The position numbers were made by a program, and so were the translations under genes. The notes beneath the pieces are model-generated. The model saw only the letters and a program-made list of their open reading frames with translations. It was not told the origin of the DNA and made no database searches. A DNA stretch of 64,000 bases from NCBI GenBank assembly GCA_017395425.1, contig JAFPUM010000034.1, forward strand, positions 26,739 through 90,738, written 5' to 3'. Within the stretch, counting starts at the first letter, position 1. The number at the start of each line of letters is the position of its first letter. This stretch comes from Clostridia bacterium (GTDB taxonomy: Bacteria; Bacillota; Clostridia; Oscillospirales; Acutalibacteraceae). Positions 18,364-26,869 of the stretch are shown here, in pieces.

Positions 18364-18659
18364 TCGGGATGATGGAAGGAAAACGGAAATCTATGGGGGA
18401 ATGCGACAAAATCGGTCAGTTTCCCCATAGGATTTCTGCAAAAAAAGATGAAATCTGTCGATTTGCATATAATTGTGGATAACCGGGCGTTAAAATTTTA
18501 TCAGCACGGTTCTTCTTTTTCATCAAAAAGATATTGAAATTTTTGACTTAAAGAGGTATAGTATTATCTAGGACTATACAAGGCAGGTTTGGAAAGTAAA
18601 AAGGAAACCGAAGGAAACGGTGCTTTGTCTGACCGTTTCCGGTACAGGAGGATGTATTC

Positions 18660-19802
18660 ATGGCTTTTGAATTCGATCAGGACTACGAAAACAACGTCGT
18701 TCAAATCAAAGTAATCGGCGCAGGCGGCGGCGGCGGCAACGCGGTCAACCGCATGATCCAGATGGGCGTGAACAGCGTTGAATTTATTTCTATAAACACC
18801 GATGTGCAGGCGCTCCACCGTTCGCAGGCTACCCACAAGATCCAGATTGGTGAGAAAATCACCAAGGGCAAGGGCGCAGGCGCCGATCCCGCCAGAGGTC
18901 AGCGCGCGGCTGAGGAGAGCAAGGAAGACATCGAGGCAGCGCTCAGAGGCACTGATATGGTCTTCATCACCGCCGGTATGGGCGGCGGCACCGGTACCGG
19001 TGCGGCTCCCGTCATCGCGGAGATCGCCAAGGAAATGGGCATTCTGACCGTCGGTATTGTGACCAAGCCCTTTGCCTTTGAAGGCAGAAGACGCATGGAG
19101 CAGGCGGAAGCCGGTATCGCGGCGCTGCGTGAACATGTTGATTCCCTCGTGGTCATTCCCAACGAGCGTCTCAAGCTGGTGTCCGATCAGAAGATCACGC
19201 TGGCAAATGCCTTTACCATCGCCGATGACGTGCTCCGTCAGGGCGTGCAGAGTATCTCCGACCTCATCAACAGCCCCGGACTGGTCAACCTCGACTTCGC
19301 GGATGTCACCGCCGTCATGAAGGACGCGGGCTATGCTCATATGGGCGTGGGCGCCGCGCAGGGCAAGGAGAAGGCTTCTCTGGCTGCTCATGCCGCCATT
19401 TCCAGCCCGCTGCTCGAGACCTCCATCAACGGCGCGAGAGGTGTCATCATCAACATCACCTCTTCCAACGACATCAACCTGGAGGAAGTCGATATCGCTT
19501 CTACTATGATTACCAAGGCGGCGCATCCCGACGCTACCATTATCTGGGGTGCCGCGTTTGACGAGAACATGGATGACGAGATGAGAGTCACCGTCATCGC
19601 GACCGGTTTCTCCATTGATTCCGAGAAGGCAGAGCAGACGGCGGCTCCCGTCAACGCTCCCAAGACGGCTGCGCCGGTCAAGAAGAGCGCTCAGCCCAGC
19701 CGCACCAATCCTTCGGCTCCCGCGGGTACCGGTTCCACCATCAACGAGAAGAATGACGACGATTACTTCGATATCATGCAGATTTTCGGCGGCCGCAGGT
19801 AA
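18660..19802 (+). CDS. ftsZ: Cell division GTPase FtsZ
   Basis: GGGTGTG tubulin signature, NTDVQAL, and a C-terminal [11 protein letters not shown] peptide. AGGAGG at 18646-18651. Confidence 0.97.
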   Translation: MAFEFDQDYENNVVQIKVIGAGGGGGNAVNRMIQMGVNSVEFISINTDVQALHRSQATHKIQIGEKITKGKGAGADPARGQRAAEESKEDIEAALRGTDMVFITAGMGGGTGTGAAPVIAEIAKEMGILTVGIVTKPFAFEGRRRMEQAEAGIAALREHVDSLVVIPNERLKLVSDQKITLANAFTIADDVLRQGVQSISDLINSPGLVNLDFADVTAVMKDAGYAHMGVGAAQGKEKASLAAHAAISSPLLETSINGARGVIINITSSNDINLEEVDIASTMITKAAHPDATIIWGAAFDENMDDEMRVTVIATGFSIDSEKAEQTAAPVNAPKTAAPVKKSAQPSRTNPSAPAGTGSTINEKNDDDYFDIMQIFGGRR

Positions 19803-19856
19803 TTTTCAGAATATCGGAATATTTCCCGTTTTTTCACAGCAATTATCGGCACGGAT

Positions 19857-19890
19857 TTTCGGATCCGTGCCGTTTTTTTTCTGCCGGTGA
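19857..19890 (+). terminator. Rho-independent terminator after ftsZ
   Basis: CGGCACGGAT (19857-19866) pairs with ATCCGTGCCG (19873-19882), followed by T8. Confidence 0.85.
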
Positions 19891-20004
19891 GGAAAGGTCG
19901 GTCACAAAACCGGCGCTCCGAGCGAATAGAATCATGAGCGGGGAAAACGGAAGGCCTTCACGATTCAAGAACCGTCTCAGTCAGAACGTCAAAAAAGCGT
20001 GGTG

Positions 20005-20583
20005 ATGGATTTGTCAGACCAGGAGATTGTGTCCGAGATCCGGCGCAACCCTTCACGGGGCATGAAATGGCTGATCGATGCCTATTCTCCCGTCGTTTAC
20101 GCGGCGGTGCGCAGCCGGTTGAGCGGGGTGTGTTCGCACGACGAGATCGAGGCTTGTGTCAGTCTGGTCTTTACGGAGTTTTATTTTGGCATCGGGCAAT
20201 ACGACTGCCGCCGGTGCAGTCTCAAAACCTATTTGGGCGTACTCGCCCGCAATAAAGCCATTGAGGAATTCCGGCGGACGGCGCGTCAGATGGCACAGAC
20301 GGCGCATGACGAGGACGCGCTGCTGGAAGTGCCTGACAGCTTTGATCTGGAACATGAAACCGAGCGCCGCCTGCTGGAACAGCGTCTGCTGCGGGCGGTG
20401 GAAGCCTTGGGCGAGCCGGACAGCGGAATCATGATACAACGCTATTTTTACGCCCGGTCGTCCAGAGAGATTGCCGCTGAGAGGGGCATGACCGACGCGG
20501 CAGTGCGCAAGCGGATTTCACGGGCATTGACCAGACTTCGCACCATGTTGGAAGATAACGATGCCGATGCAGCGAAAGGATGA
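20005..20583 (+). CDS. ECF-type RNA polymerase sigma-70 family factor
   Basis: About 190 aa with sigma region 2 and region 4 (ERGMTDAAVRKRISRALTRLR HTH). Stop overlaps the next ORF (ATGA). GTG 19999 is an alternative start. Confidence 0.85.
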   Translation: MDLSDQEIVSEIRRNPSRGMKWLIDAYSPVVYAAVRSRLSGVCSHDEIEACVSLVFTEFYFGIGQYDCRRCSLKTYLGVLARNKAIEEFRRTARQMAQTAHDEDALLEVPDSFDLEHETERRLLEQRLLRAVEALGEPDSGIMIQRYFYARSSREIAAERGMTDAAVRKRISRALTRLRTMLEDNDADAAKG

Positions 20584-21701
20584 GAAATCAGATGAAAAAA
20601 ATACCGATCACCGCTTTGTTTGACCATTTGTCAGAGGAATCCGCCAAAAGCGTGATGCAGCGTTATCCTATGAAAGAGAGTGTGGACGATATGAGCAAAC
20701 AGAGAATGTATCAGAACGTCATGAAAGACATTGACCGGGGTGTATCCCGTCACAACAGCGGCAAGCGGGTCTGGCGCAAGACCTCTATCGCGGCGGCGGC
20801 ACTTGTCGCGGCGCTGGCGGTGGCGGGCAGCTCGGTGGCCGCCGACCAGCTCTACAAGCATTTTACCGATTACAAGCCCGCCTATACGCAGGCGCAGAAG
20901 GACGCGGTGAAAAAAGCAACATTTCCCATCCGCAAGACTGTCGAGAGTGACGGCGTGACGATTACCGCCGTGGAGGGTCTGTGCGACGGCGAAAAACTCT
21001 TTATTCTCGCCAACATCGAGGTTGACCCGTCTCAATTGACCATTCCCGAAGGACACAGCTTTTTTACCCGTCTCAGACTGCACATGAGCGGCGATTATGA
21101 GGATACGCAGATGTATCCCAGCCTGTACAATCAGGTGCTCACAAAAGACGGCAATACCTGCACCGTACTGTATATGTATGATATGGTTGACATCAAAGAC
21201 GGTCAGACGCTGGCACTTGCCGCATGGGGACTGTCCACCGTTTCCGAGGATGGCACGGAAACCACCGAGGCGATTGTCCGCGACAGGAAGCTGGGCGGCT
21301 TTACGTTTGAAGCGCGTAAGAGCGACTTTGCCAAGACCTTCTCCGCGGAAAAGGGTGTCAAGCTGAATGATACTGATTTTGCTGTCACCGTCGGCTATGT
21401 GGCACCGTGGAGTGCGCAGATCAGGCTCAGCGGGGCTTATCAGGGACCTGCGATCACAGAAGCAAGCGGCGAGGAAGCATGGGCGGCACAGGCGGAACGG
21501 CTGAATGAATTGGCTGCTCAGGTGACGTTCAAGGTAGTGATGAAGGACGGCACCGTATATGAAGGCATGGGCGTCAGCAGCTCGCCGTCTTCCGACGGTA
21601 AAACCGTCGATATTGATTACTACTGTGCGTTTAACGAGTATGTTGACACCGCTGACATCGACCATGTGGAGATCAACGGCGCGGCGATGGATGTGAAGTA
21701 A
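20580..21701 (+). CDS. Putative anti-sigma factor (single-pass membrane protein, DUF4179-like)
   Basis: Translationally coupled to the sigma gene. Cytoplasmic N-terminus, TM segment (SIAAAALVAALAVAGSSVAA), large extracytoplasmic domain. Confidence 0.6.
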   Translation: MRNQMKKIPITALFDHLSEESAKSVMQRYPMKESVDDMSKQRMYQNVMKDIDRGVSRHNSGKRVWRKTSIAAAALVAALAVAGSSVAADQLYKHFTDYKPAYTQAQKDAVKKATFPIRKTVESDGVTITAVEGLCDGEKLFILANIEVDPSQLTIPEGHSFFTRLRLHMSGDYEDTQMYPSLYNQVLTKDGNTCTVLYMYDMVDIKDGQTLALAAWGLSTVSEDGTETTEAIVRDRKLGGFTFEARKSDFAKTFSAEKGVKLNDTDFAVTVGYVAPWSAQIRLSGAYQGPAITEASGEEAWAAQAERLNELAAQVTFKVVMKDGTVYEGMGVSSSPSSDGKTVDIDYYCAFNEYVDTADIDHVEINGAAMDVK

Positions 21702-21882
21702 TTTTTCCGTTCTTTAACAAAAAACATCCAAACCATACGTTTCCCAAACCAAACTAAGGAACTGTCATGAAATAACTTGAACAGAAATCCTCGACAAACA
21801 TCGTATAATCGGGATTGTTTTTCGAGAAATGTTCAACTTATTTTTCAACAGAGCCTAAATCAAACCAGACCTGAATGAACCC

Positions 21883-21933
21883 ATACGCCTGTGCGAAGAG
21901 TTGAAAAATTCTTTGGCACAGGCGTATTTTTTT
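21883..21933 (+). terminator. Strong rho-independent terminator 180 nt downstream of the anti-sigma gene
   Basis: ATACGCCTGTGC (21883-21894) pairs with GCACAGGCGTAT (21916-21927), followed by T7. Confidence 0.8.
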
Positions 21934-22023
21934 GTGGAAAAACCCTTTTTTTTTCAGGGCATTTGTGGTATCATTTTAAGCAGGAGAAAACGACGCATAT
22001 TTTATCATGAAGGGGACTTTATC

Positions 22024-22794
22024 ATGAATGAAGAAAGAATGTTTCATATCGGTCTGCCGGTGACGGTACACGCGAACTATGCCCTGCTGCCCGGCGATCC
22101 GGGGCGGGTGCCGAAGATTGCCGCCTATCTGGAAAATCCTCATGAACTGGGATGCAACCGCGAATTCCGCACATGGTCGGGGACGCTTGGGGGTGAGACG
22201 GTACTGGTGACTTCCACGGGCATCGGCGGACCGTCGGCTTCCATCGCGGTGGAAGAACTGATTGCGCTGGGCGTGACGCACTTTGTGCGCATCGGCACCT
22301 GCGGCGGTATGAATGAAGCCGTGTGTGCGGGCGATGTGGTGATTGCCACCGGCGCGATCCGCATGGAGGGAACCAGCCGGGAATATCTCCCCATCGAATT
22401 TCCCGCCGTGGCGGATTTCGGTCTGGTGCGGGATTTAGTGGACGGCGCGGCGGCTGTTGGCGTTCCCTTCCATACCGGCGTGGTGCAGAGCAAGGATTCG
22501 TTTTACGGTCAGCATTCGCCGGAGCGGATGCCCAACGGCGCGGAACTGCTCCGCAAGTGGGACGCGTGGATCGCGGGCGGCTGTCTGGCATCCGAGATGG
22601 AAGCGGCGGCGATTTACGCGGTAGCGGCAGCACGGGGCGTCAAAGCCGCGACGGTGCTGCACGTGATCTGGAACCAGATGCGCCGCGACCGGCTGGGCGA
22701 TCACAGGGAAGTGCATGATACCGATCCGGCGATCCGCACCGCCATCGAGGGTCTGAAACGCACAATCATGCGAAATTCCTCACCAAATCCATAA
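22024..22794 (+). CDS. udp: Uridine phosphorylase (PNP/UDP family 1)
   Basis: STGIGGPSASIAVEELI, RIGTCGG and a downstream EMEAAA motif. ATG 22024 was chosen because the track start 21901 lies inside the terminator. Confidence 0.8.
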   Translation: MNEERMFHIGLPVTVHANYALLPGDPGRVPKIAAYLENPHELGCNREFRTWSGTLGGETVLVTSTGIGGPSASIAVEELIALGVTHFVRIGTCGGMNEAVCAGDVVIATGAIRMEGTSREYLPIEFPAVADFGLVRDLVDGAAAVGVPFHTGVVQSKDSFYGQHSPERMPNGAELLRKWDAWIAGGCLASEMEAAAIYAVAAARGVKAATVLHVIWNQMRRDRLGDHREVHDTDPAIRTAIEGLKRTIMRNSSPNP

Positions 22795-22819
22795 ATATGA
22801 AAAAAATATGAAAAACAAC

Positions 22820-22847
22820 TTGAAAAATCAAAATAATATGTTATAAT
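22820..22847 (+). promoter_or_regulatory. Candidate promoter of the DivIVA-like gene
   Basis: -35 TTGAAA (22820-22825), 16-nt spacer, extended -10 TGtTATAAT (22839-22847). Confidence 0.55.
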
Positions 22848-22944
22848 GTAACTAACTATGGAAATGTAGTTTGGGGGGTTATGCCCTCTTGACAGGCAAT
22901 CGGGAAAAAAGATAACCAAATCCTCATGGAAGGAGGGTGTTTGG

Positions 22945-24510
22945 ATGGATTATGCGGGATCACGGTTCCGCAGACGCTTTGTGGGTTACGACAGAAGCGC
23001 CGTTGACGCGGAATTTCAGAAGCTCATCGACCAGGTCGATGACGCGATGGATAAAAACGAGGAACTGCGCCGCGAGGTGCAGGAACTGCGGGAGGAGCGT
23101 CGCGACTGGGAATTTGCCAAGCGTTCGCTGGAAGACGAGCGCACCGCCATGTCCCGCGACAGAGCGGCACTGGCGGAATCGGTTTCGTCCATTTCGGGCA
23201 AGGTGGCAGAATTGGAGACCAGTCTGTCTTCCGCGAAAGTCGCTAATGATGCGCTGCAAAACAAAATCGATGCCACTACCTCGGAGCGGAATCAGTTGCA
23301 GCTCCGGCTCAATACGGTGGAGGAGCGTAACCATGAACTGACACTGCGCGAGCGGCAGTTCAACGAGATCGAGCAATCGGTTTCCTCCATCATGTCTGTG
23401 ACCAAACGCGCTACCGACCGGTTGTTCCAGAAATCGGTGGAGAATCAGGAAAACGTCATCCGCATTGCGGGCGACGCGGCACAGGAGACAGCCATGATCC
23501 GCGCCGATCTTACAGCGGCACGCGATGATATGAATCTCGCCTTTGACGAATTTCAGGACAGAATTGATAAGATTGACGCGGCGCTGACCGGCGCGGTGCA
23601 TAAGCTGGTTGCCATCAAGCACGACAGCGGTCTCAAACCCAAGAATGCCGACGCCACCATCGAAAGCGAAGTGGAGCGTCTGCTTTCCATGCGTGCGGGC
23701 GAAGTGGATTATTCCGACGGCAAGGGCTATGCCGTGCCGGTGCTGGGACCGTACAGCACGAAATTCATTTCCGATGTGGCGAAAAAGGTCAATGCCGGTG
23801 AAACGGAGGGGCATCCTGCCTCCGAACGTCCCGCCATGCCGCATACCCGACCTGACGGCGGTGCGGAAGACGACGGTGACAAGCCGCCTGTGGCGCTCAA
23901 GCGCAGCTATCCCACCGTGTTTGAATCCAACGAATCCTCCATCAAGGAAGCCAACCGGATGCTGGATGACGCCGACGAAGAGGCGGAGCGCCGCAGTGCC
24001 GACAGCGGTGTGAACAATCCGCCGCCGCCTCAGCCCCAGACCAATCCCTATCAGGGCTGCCCAAATCCCTATCAGGGCTTCCCCAATCCCTATGCGCCGC
24101 AGCAGTATGTCACACAGCCGCCTGTCCGCAATCCGATCGGATTCGGTTATACCGACGGCGCGGAGCAGGATGAACGCTACGCGCAGGCGGACATGGGAAC
24201 ACCCACCATTGATATGAATTCCACCCAATTGCAATATCTTTCCACGCCGCCCGGTATGACGTATGACGCGCCTCCCCTGACGATGGAGATGACGCAGACA
24301 GTACCGGACAGCGCAGCGGCAGTCGCCGTGCAGCCGTCCGCGCCGACCTTTGTACCCAATGCGCCGATACCCCCAGACGGTGCGCCAAAGCAGTCGGGAG
24401 AATCGGCAGCGTCGCCTGCCGCCAAGCGTGTGGCAGTGCGGAAACACGTGAAAATCGTGTCTGCGGACGAACGGGAAAAGGTGTCGGTCACGCTTCGTCA
24501 TGGGAAATAG
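22945..24510 (+). CDS. DivIVA domain-containing coiled-coil protein with a Pro/Gln-rich C-terminal half
   Basis: N-terminal FRRRFVGYDRSAVDAEFQKL DivIVA-like motif, long coiled coil, then NPPPPQPQTNPYQGCPNPYQGFPNPY. AGGAGG lies 9 nt upstream. Confidence 0.7.
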   Translation: MDYAGSRFRRRFVGYDRSAVDAEFQKLIDQVDDAMDKNEELRREVQELREERRDWEFAKRSLEDERTAMSRDRAALAESVSSISGKVAELETSLSSAKVANDALQNKIDATTSERNQLQLRLNTVEERNHELTLRERQFNEIEQSVSSIMSVTKRATDRLFQKSVENQENVIRIAGDAAQETAMIRADLTAARDDMNLAFDEFQDRIDKIDAALTGAVHKLVAIKHDSGLKPKNADATIESEVERLLSMRAGEVDYSDGKGYAVPVLGPYSTKFISDVAKKVNAGETEGHPASERPAMPHTRPDGGAEDDGDKPPVALKRSYPTVFESNESSIKEANRMLDDADEEAERRSADSGVNNPPPPQPQTNPYQGCPNPYQGFPNPYAPQQYVTQPPVRNPIGFGYTDGAEQDERYAQADMGTPTIDMNSTQLQYLSTPPGMTYDAPPLTMEMTQTVPDSAAAVAVQPSAPTFVPNAPIPPDGAPKQSGESAASPAAKRVAVRKHVKIVSADEREKVSVTLRHGK

Positions 24511-24540
24511 AGAGAGATTTTGCCAAAACACGAAAGACGC

Positions 24541-24575
24541 AAAAGCACCGTTGATAATACCGACGGTGCTTTTTT
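24541..24575 (+). terminator. Rho-independent terminator
   Basis: AAAAGCACCGT pairs with ACGGTGCTTTT around an 11-nt loop, followed by a T-run. Confidence 0.75.
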
Positions 24576-24593
24576 GCTGAAAGGTTTTTCAAG

Positions 24594-25301
24594 ATGATTG
24601 ACGTATTATACGAGGACAGGTCTCTGATTGTCTGTCTCAAGCCGGTGGGGGTGCTGTCGCAATGCGACGGACAGCGGGATATGGTGTGCCTGCTGCGGGA
24701 GCAGTGCGGCGGGGATATCTATCCGCTGCACCGTCTGGACCGGGAAGTTGGGGGCGTGATGGTGTTTGCGCGGGATGTCAGGACGGCAGCCGCATTGTCT
24801 GCGCAAATCCAGCGGGGTGAGTTTGTCAAGCGATATCTGGCGGCAGTAGAGGGAATTCCCCAACCGTCGGAGGGGGAAATGCGGGATTTGCTTTTCAAGG
24901 ATTCCCGGCGGAACAAGAGCTTTGTGGTGAACCGTCCGCGCAAGGGCACCAAGGAGGCGCGGCTGGCGTATGAAACGCTTTCCGCCGCGCGGGTAAATGG
25001 CGCGGACAGTTCGCTCGTGAAGGTGCGTCTCTACACCGGGCGCACCCATCAGATCCGGGTGCAGTTTGCGTCGCGTCAGATGCCCCTGCTCGGCGACGGC
25101 AAATACGGCAGCCGCGACAGGGGCTGCACCGTGGCGCTCTGGTCGCACAGCCTGACTTTTGTCCATCCGGTTTCGGGAAAGGAAAGTATTTTCCTATCCT
25201 GTCCCGATGGCAACGCTTACCCGTGGCATTTTTTTGAAAATATTCCGGTTGTTCCGGATGGAAAGGAGCAGGATGTTCATGAAGCATCAAAAAATCTGTA
25301 A
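24594..25301 (+). CDS. RluA-family pseudouridine synthase
   Basis: HRLDREVGGVMVFA catalytic Asp motif and GRTHQIRVQF. 235 aa. Confidence 0.88.
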   Translation: MIDVLYEDRSLIVCLKPVGVLSQCDGQRDMVCLLREQCGGDIYPLHRLDREVGGVMVFARDVRTAAALSAQIQRGEFVKRYLAAVEGIPQPSEGEMRDLLFKDSRRNKSFVVNRPRKGTKEARLAYETLSAARVNGADSSLVKVRLYTGRTHQIRVQFASRQMPLLGDGKYGSRDRGCTVALWSHSLTFVHPVSGKESIFLSCPDGNAYPWHFFENIPVVPDGKEQDVHEASKNL

Positions 25302-26598
25302 AAGACTGCTGGCGCTGGCGTTGGCGGCAGCGCTGCTGGGGAGTGTATGTGCCTGCGGCAGCGGGAAACCATCGGGCGGCGTGAAGCTGTCGGACAGCAC
25401 GACGGAGCTGACCGCTCCTATCGTGCGCTCGAAAAAAGCATTGCGCGGGAAGCAGGATGACGGGCAGAAATATGGGTTTGACTGGCAATACTGGGGATTT
25501 TCCGCTGCCCTTCTGAGGAACGTCACCCGGCAGGACGGGGGTCGGGAAAATACCCTTGTGTCACCGCTGTCAGTGATGACAGCGCTGGCGATGACTGCCA
25601 ACGGCGCGTCGGGCGATACGCTCACCCAGATGGATATGGCACTGTGCGGAGATATGATCGCGCTCGACAGTATGAAGCCTTTGGATAGGGACGGGCGCAA
25701 TTCATGTCTGGGCGCGTATCTCGACAGTCTGCCGCACAGCGGTAAGGCGTCGCTCTCTTCCGCGAATTCTGTCTGGCTCAAAGAGGGCGCGCTGAACGTC
25801 AAAAAAGACTTTCTGCAAACCAATGTCGATGCCTACAACGCGCAGGTGTTTTCGACGGCGTTCGATGAGAATACCCGGAATGACATCAACCGCTGGGTAT
25901 CGCTCAGAACCGGCGGCAGAATTGAAAACATGCTGGACGACATTCATCCCAATGCTGTGATGTATCTCATCAACGCGCTGACCTTTGATGCGGAGTGGCA
26001 GGATATCTACCGCGAGGAACAGGTGTTCGACGGCGAGTTTACCGATATCGACGGCAAGGTGCAGACTGTACCTATGATGCGTTCGGAGGAAAGGGTCTAT
26101 CTGGACGACGGCATGGCGACCGGCTTTGTCAAGCCCTATGCGTCGGGCTACAAATTTGTGGCGATGGTGCCGAATGAGGGTGTGACGCTGCAAGAGTATG
26201 TGGAAAAACTGCCGGTTTTCCAGCTGTTCCCGCAGCTTCGCGAAGATGACGGCGAAACGGTGATGGTCAGCCTGCCGAAGTTCAGCGCGACGTATTCCGT
26301 GGAACTCAGCGACGCGCTGAAAGCGATGGGTATGACCGACGCCTTTGACCCCGGTAGAGCGGATTTCTCGGATATGGCGGACGCGAAACCGGATGATCTG
26401 TATATCGGGCGGGTGCTGCATCAGACCGCGATTGCGGTGGACGAGAAGGGTACCAAGGCAGGCGCGTCCACGGCGGTAGAAATGCTCACAAAAGGTGCCA
26501 TTTTGCGCACGGTTTTTCTTGACAGACCGTTCCTCTATATGATTGTGGACGAAGACAATGGGCTGCCGGTCTTTATCGGACAGGTGACGCATTTTTAG
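25279..26598 (+). CDS. Serpin (serine protease inhibitor), predicted lipoprotein
   Basis: Lipoprotein signal MKHQKICKRLLALALAAALLGSVCAC. Serpin hinge and reactive-centre loop EKGTKAGASTAVEMLTKGAILRTVFLDRPF. The track ORF from 25159 was trimmed to ATG 25279 (or 25273). Overlaps the rluA 3' end by about 23 nt. Confidence 0.85.
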   Translation: MKHQKICKRLLALALAAALLGSVCACGSGKPSGGVKLSDSTTELTAPIVRSKKALRGKQDDGQKYGFDWQYWGFSAALLRNVTRQDGGRENTLVSPLSVMTALAMTANGASGDTLTQMDMALCGDMIALDSMKPLDRDGRNSCLGAYLDSLPHSGKASLSSANSVWLKEGALNVKKDFLQTNVDAYNAQVFSTAFDENTRNDINRWVSLRTGGRIENMLDDIHPNAVMYLINALTFDAEWQDIYREEQVFDGEFTDIDGKVQTVPMMRSEERVYLDDGMATGFVKPYASGYKFVAMVPNEGVTLQEYVEKLPVFQLFPQLREDDGETVMVSLPKFSATYSVELSDALKAMGMTDAFDPGRADFSDMADAKPDDLYIGRVLHQTAIAVDEKGTKAGASTAVEMLTKGAILRTVFLDRPFLYMIVDEDNGLPVFIGQVTHF

Positions 26599-26606
26599 AG
26601 AAGCCC

Positions 26607-26792
26607 AATTAGCCGCGCAGCGGCGCGGGGTGCAGGGGGTGAGCTCCCTGCCGAGGTCAAGGGCGAGTAGCCCTTGCAGGGGACCGGGGGCAGCGCCACC
26701 GGTAGGCAGGCGGAAGCCTGCCGAGCGAGATGAGTCAAGATCTATAACGGGGTCGGGCGAATTCTTTAACAGAACCCTCCCAAACAGATTTC
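26607..26792 (+). repeat. Multi-hairpin intergenic element, copy B
   Basis: Collinear with 12112-12305. Hairpins at 26613-26628, 26632-26651, 26658-26676, 26684-26702 and 26705-26722. Confidence 0.8.
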
Positions 26793-26804
26793 TCCGACAA
26801 CCAT

Positions 26805-26833
26805 TTGACGTGGAGAAATGCCTGTGCTATAAT
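26805..26833 (+). promoter_or_regulatory. Candidate promoter of the PHP phosphatase gene
   Basis: -35 TTGACG (26805-26810), extended -10 TGcTATAAT (26825-26833), 17-nt spacing between the hexamers. Confidence 0.6.
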
Positions 26834-26869
26834 CAAAAAGCGATACGTTAAGGAAAGAAGCCGATCACC

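Noticed and set aside
26630-26851. 73-aa ORF (MQGVSSLPRSRASSPCRG...).
   Set aside because: It is a read-through of repeat copy B plus the downstream promoter. The Arg/Gly/Pro-rich composition derives from the GC-rich hairpins, and no equivalent ORF exists in copy A.
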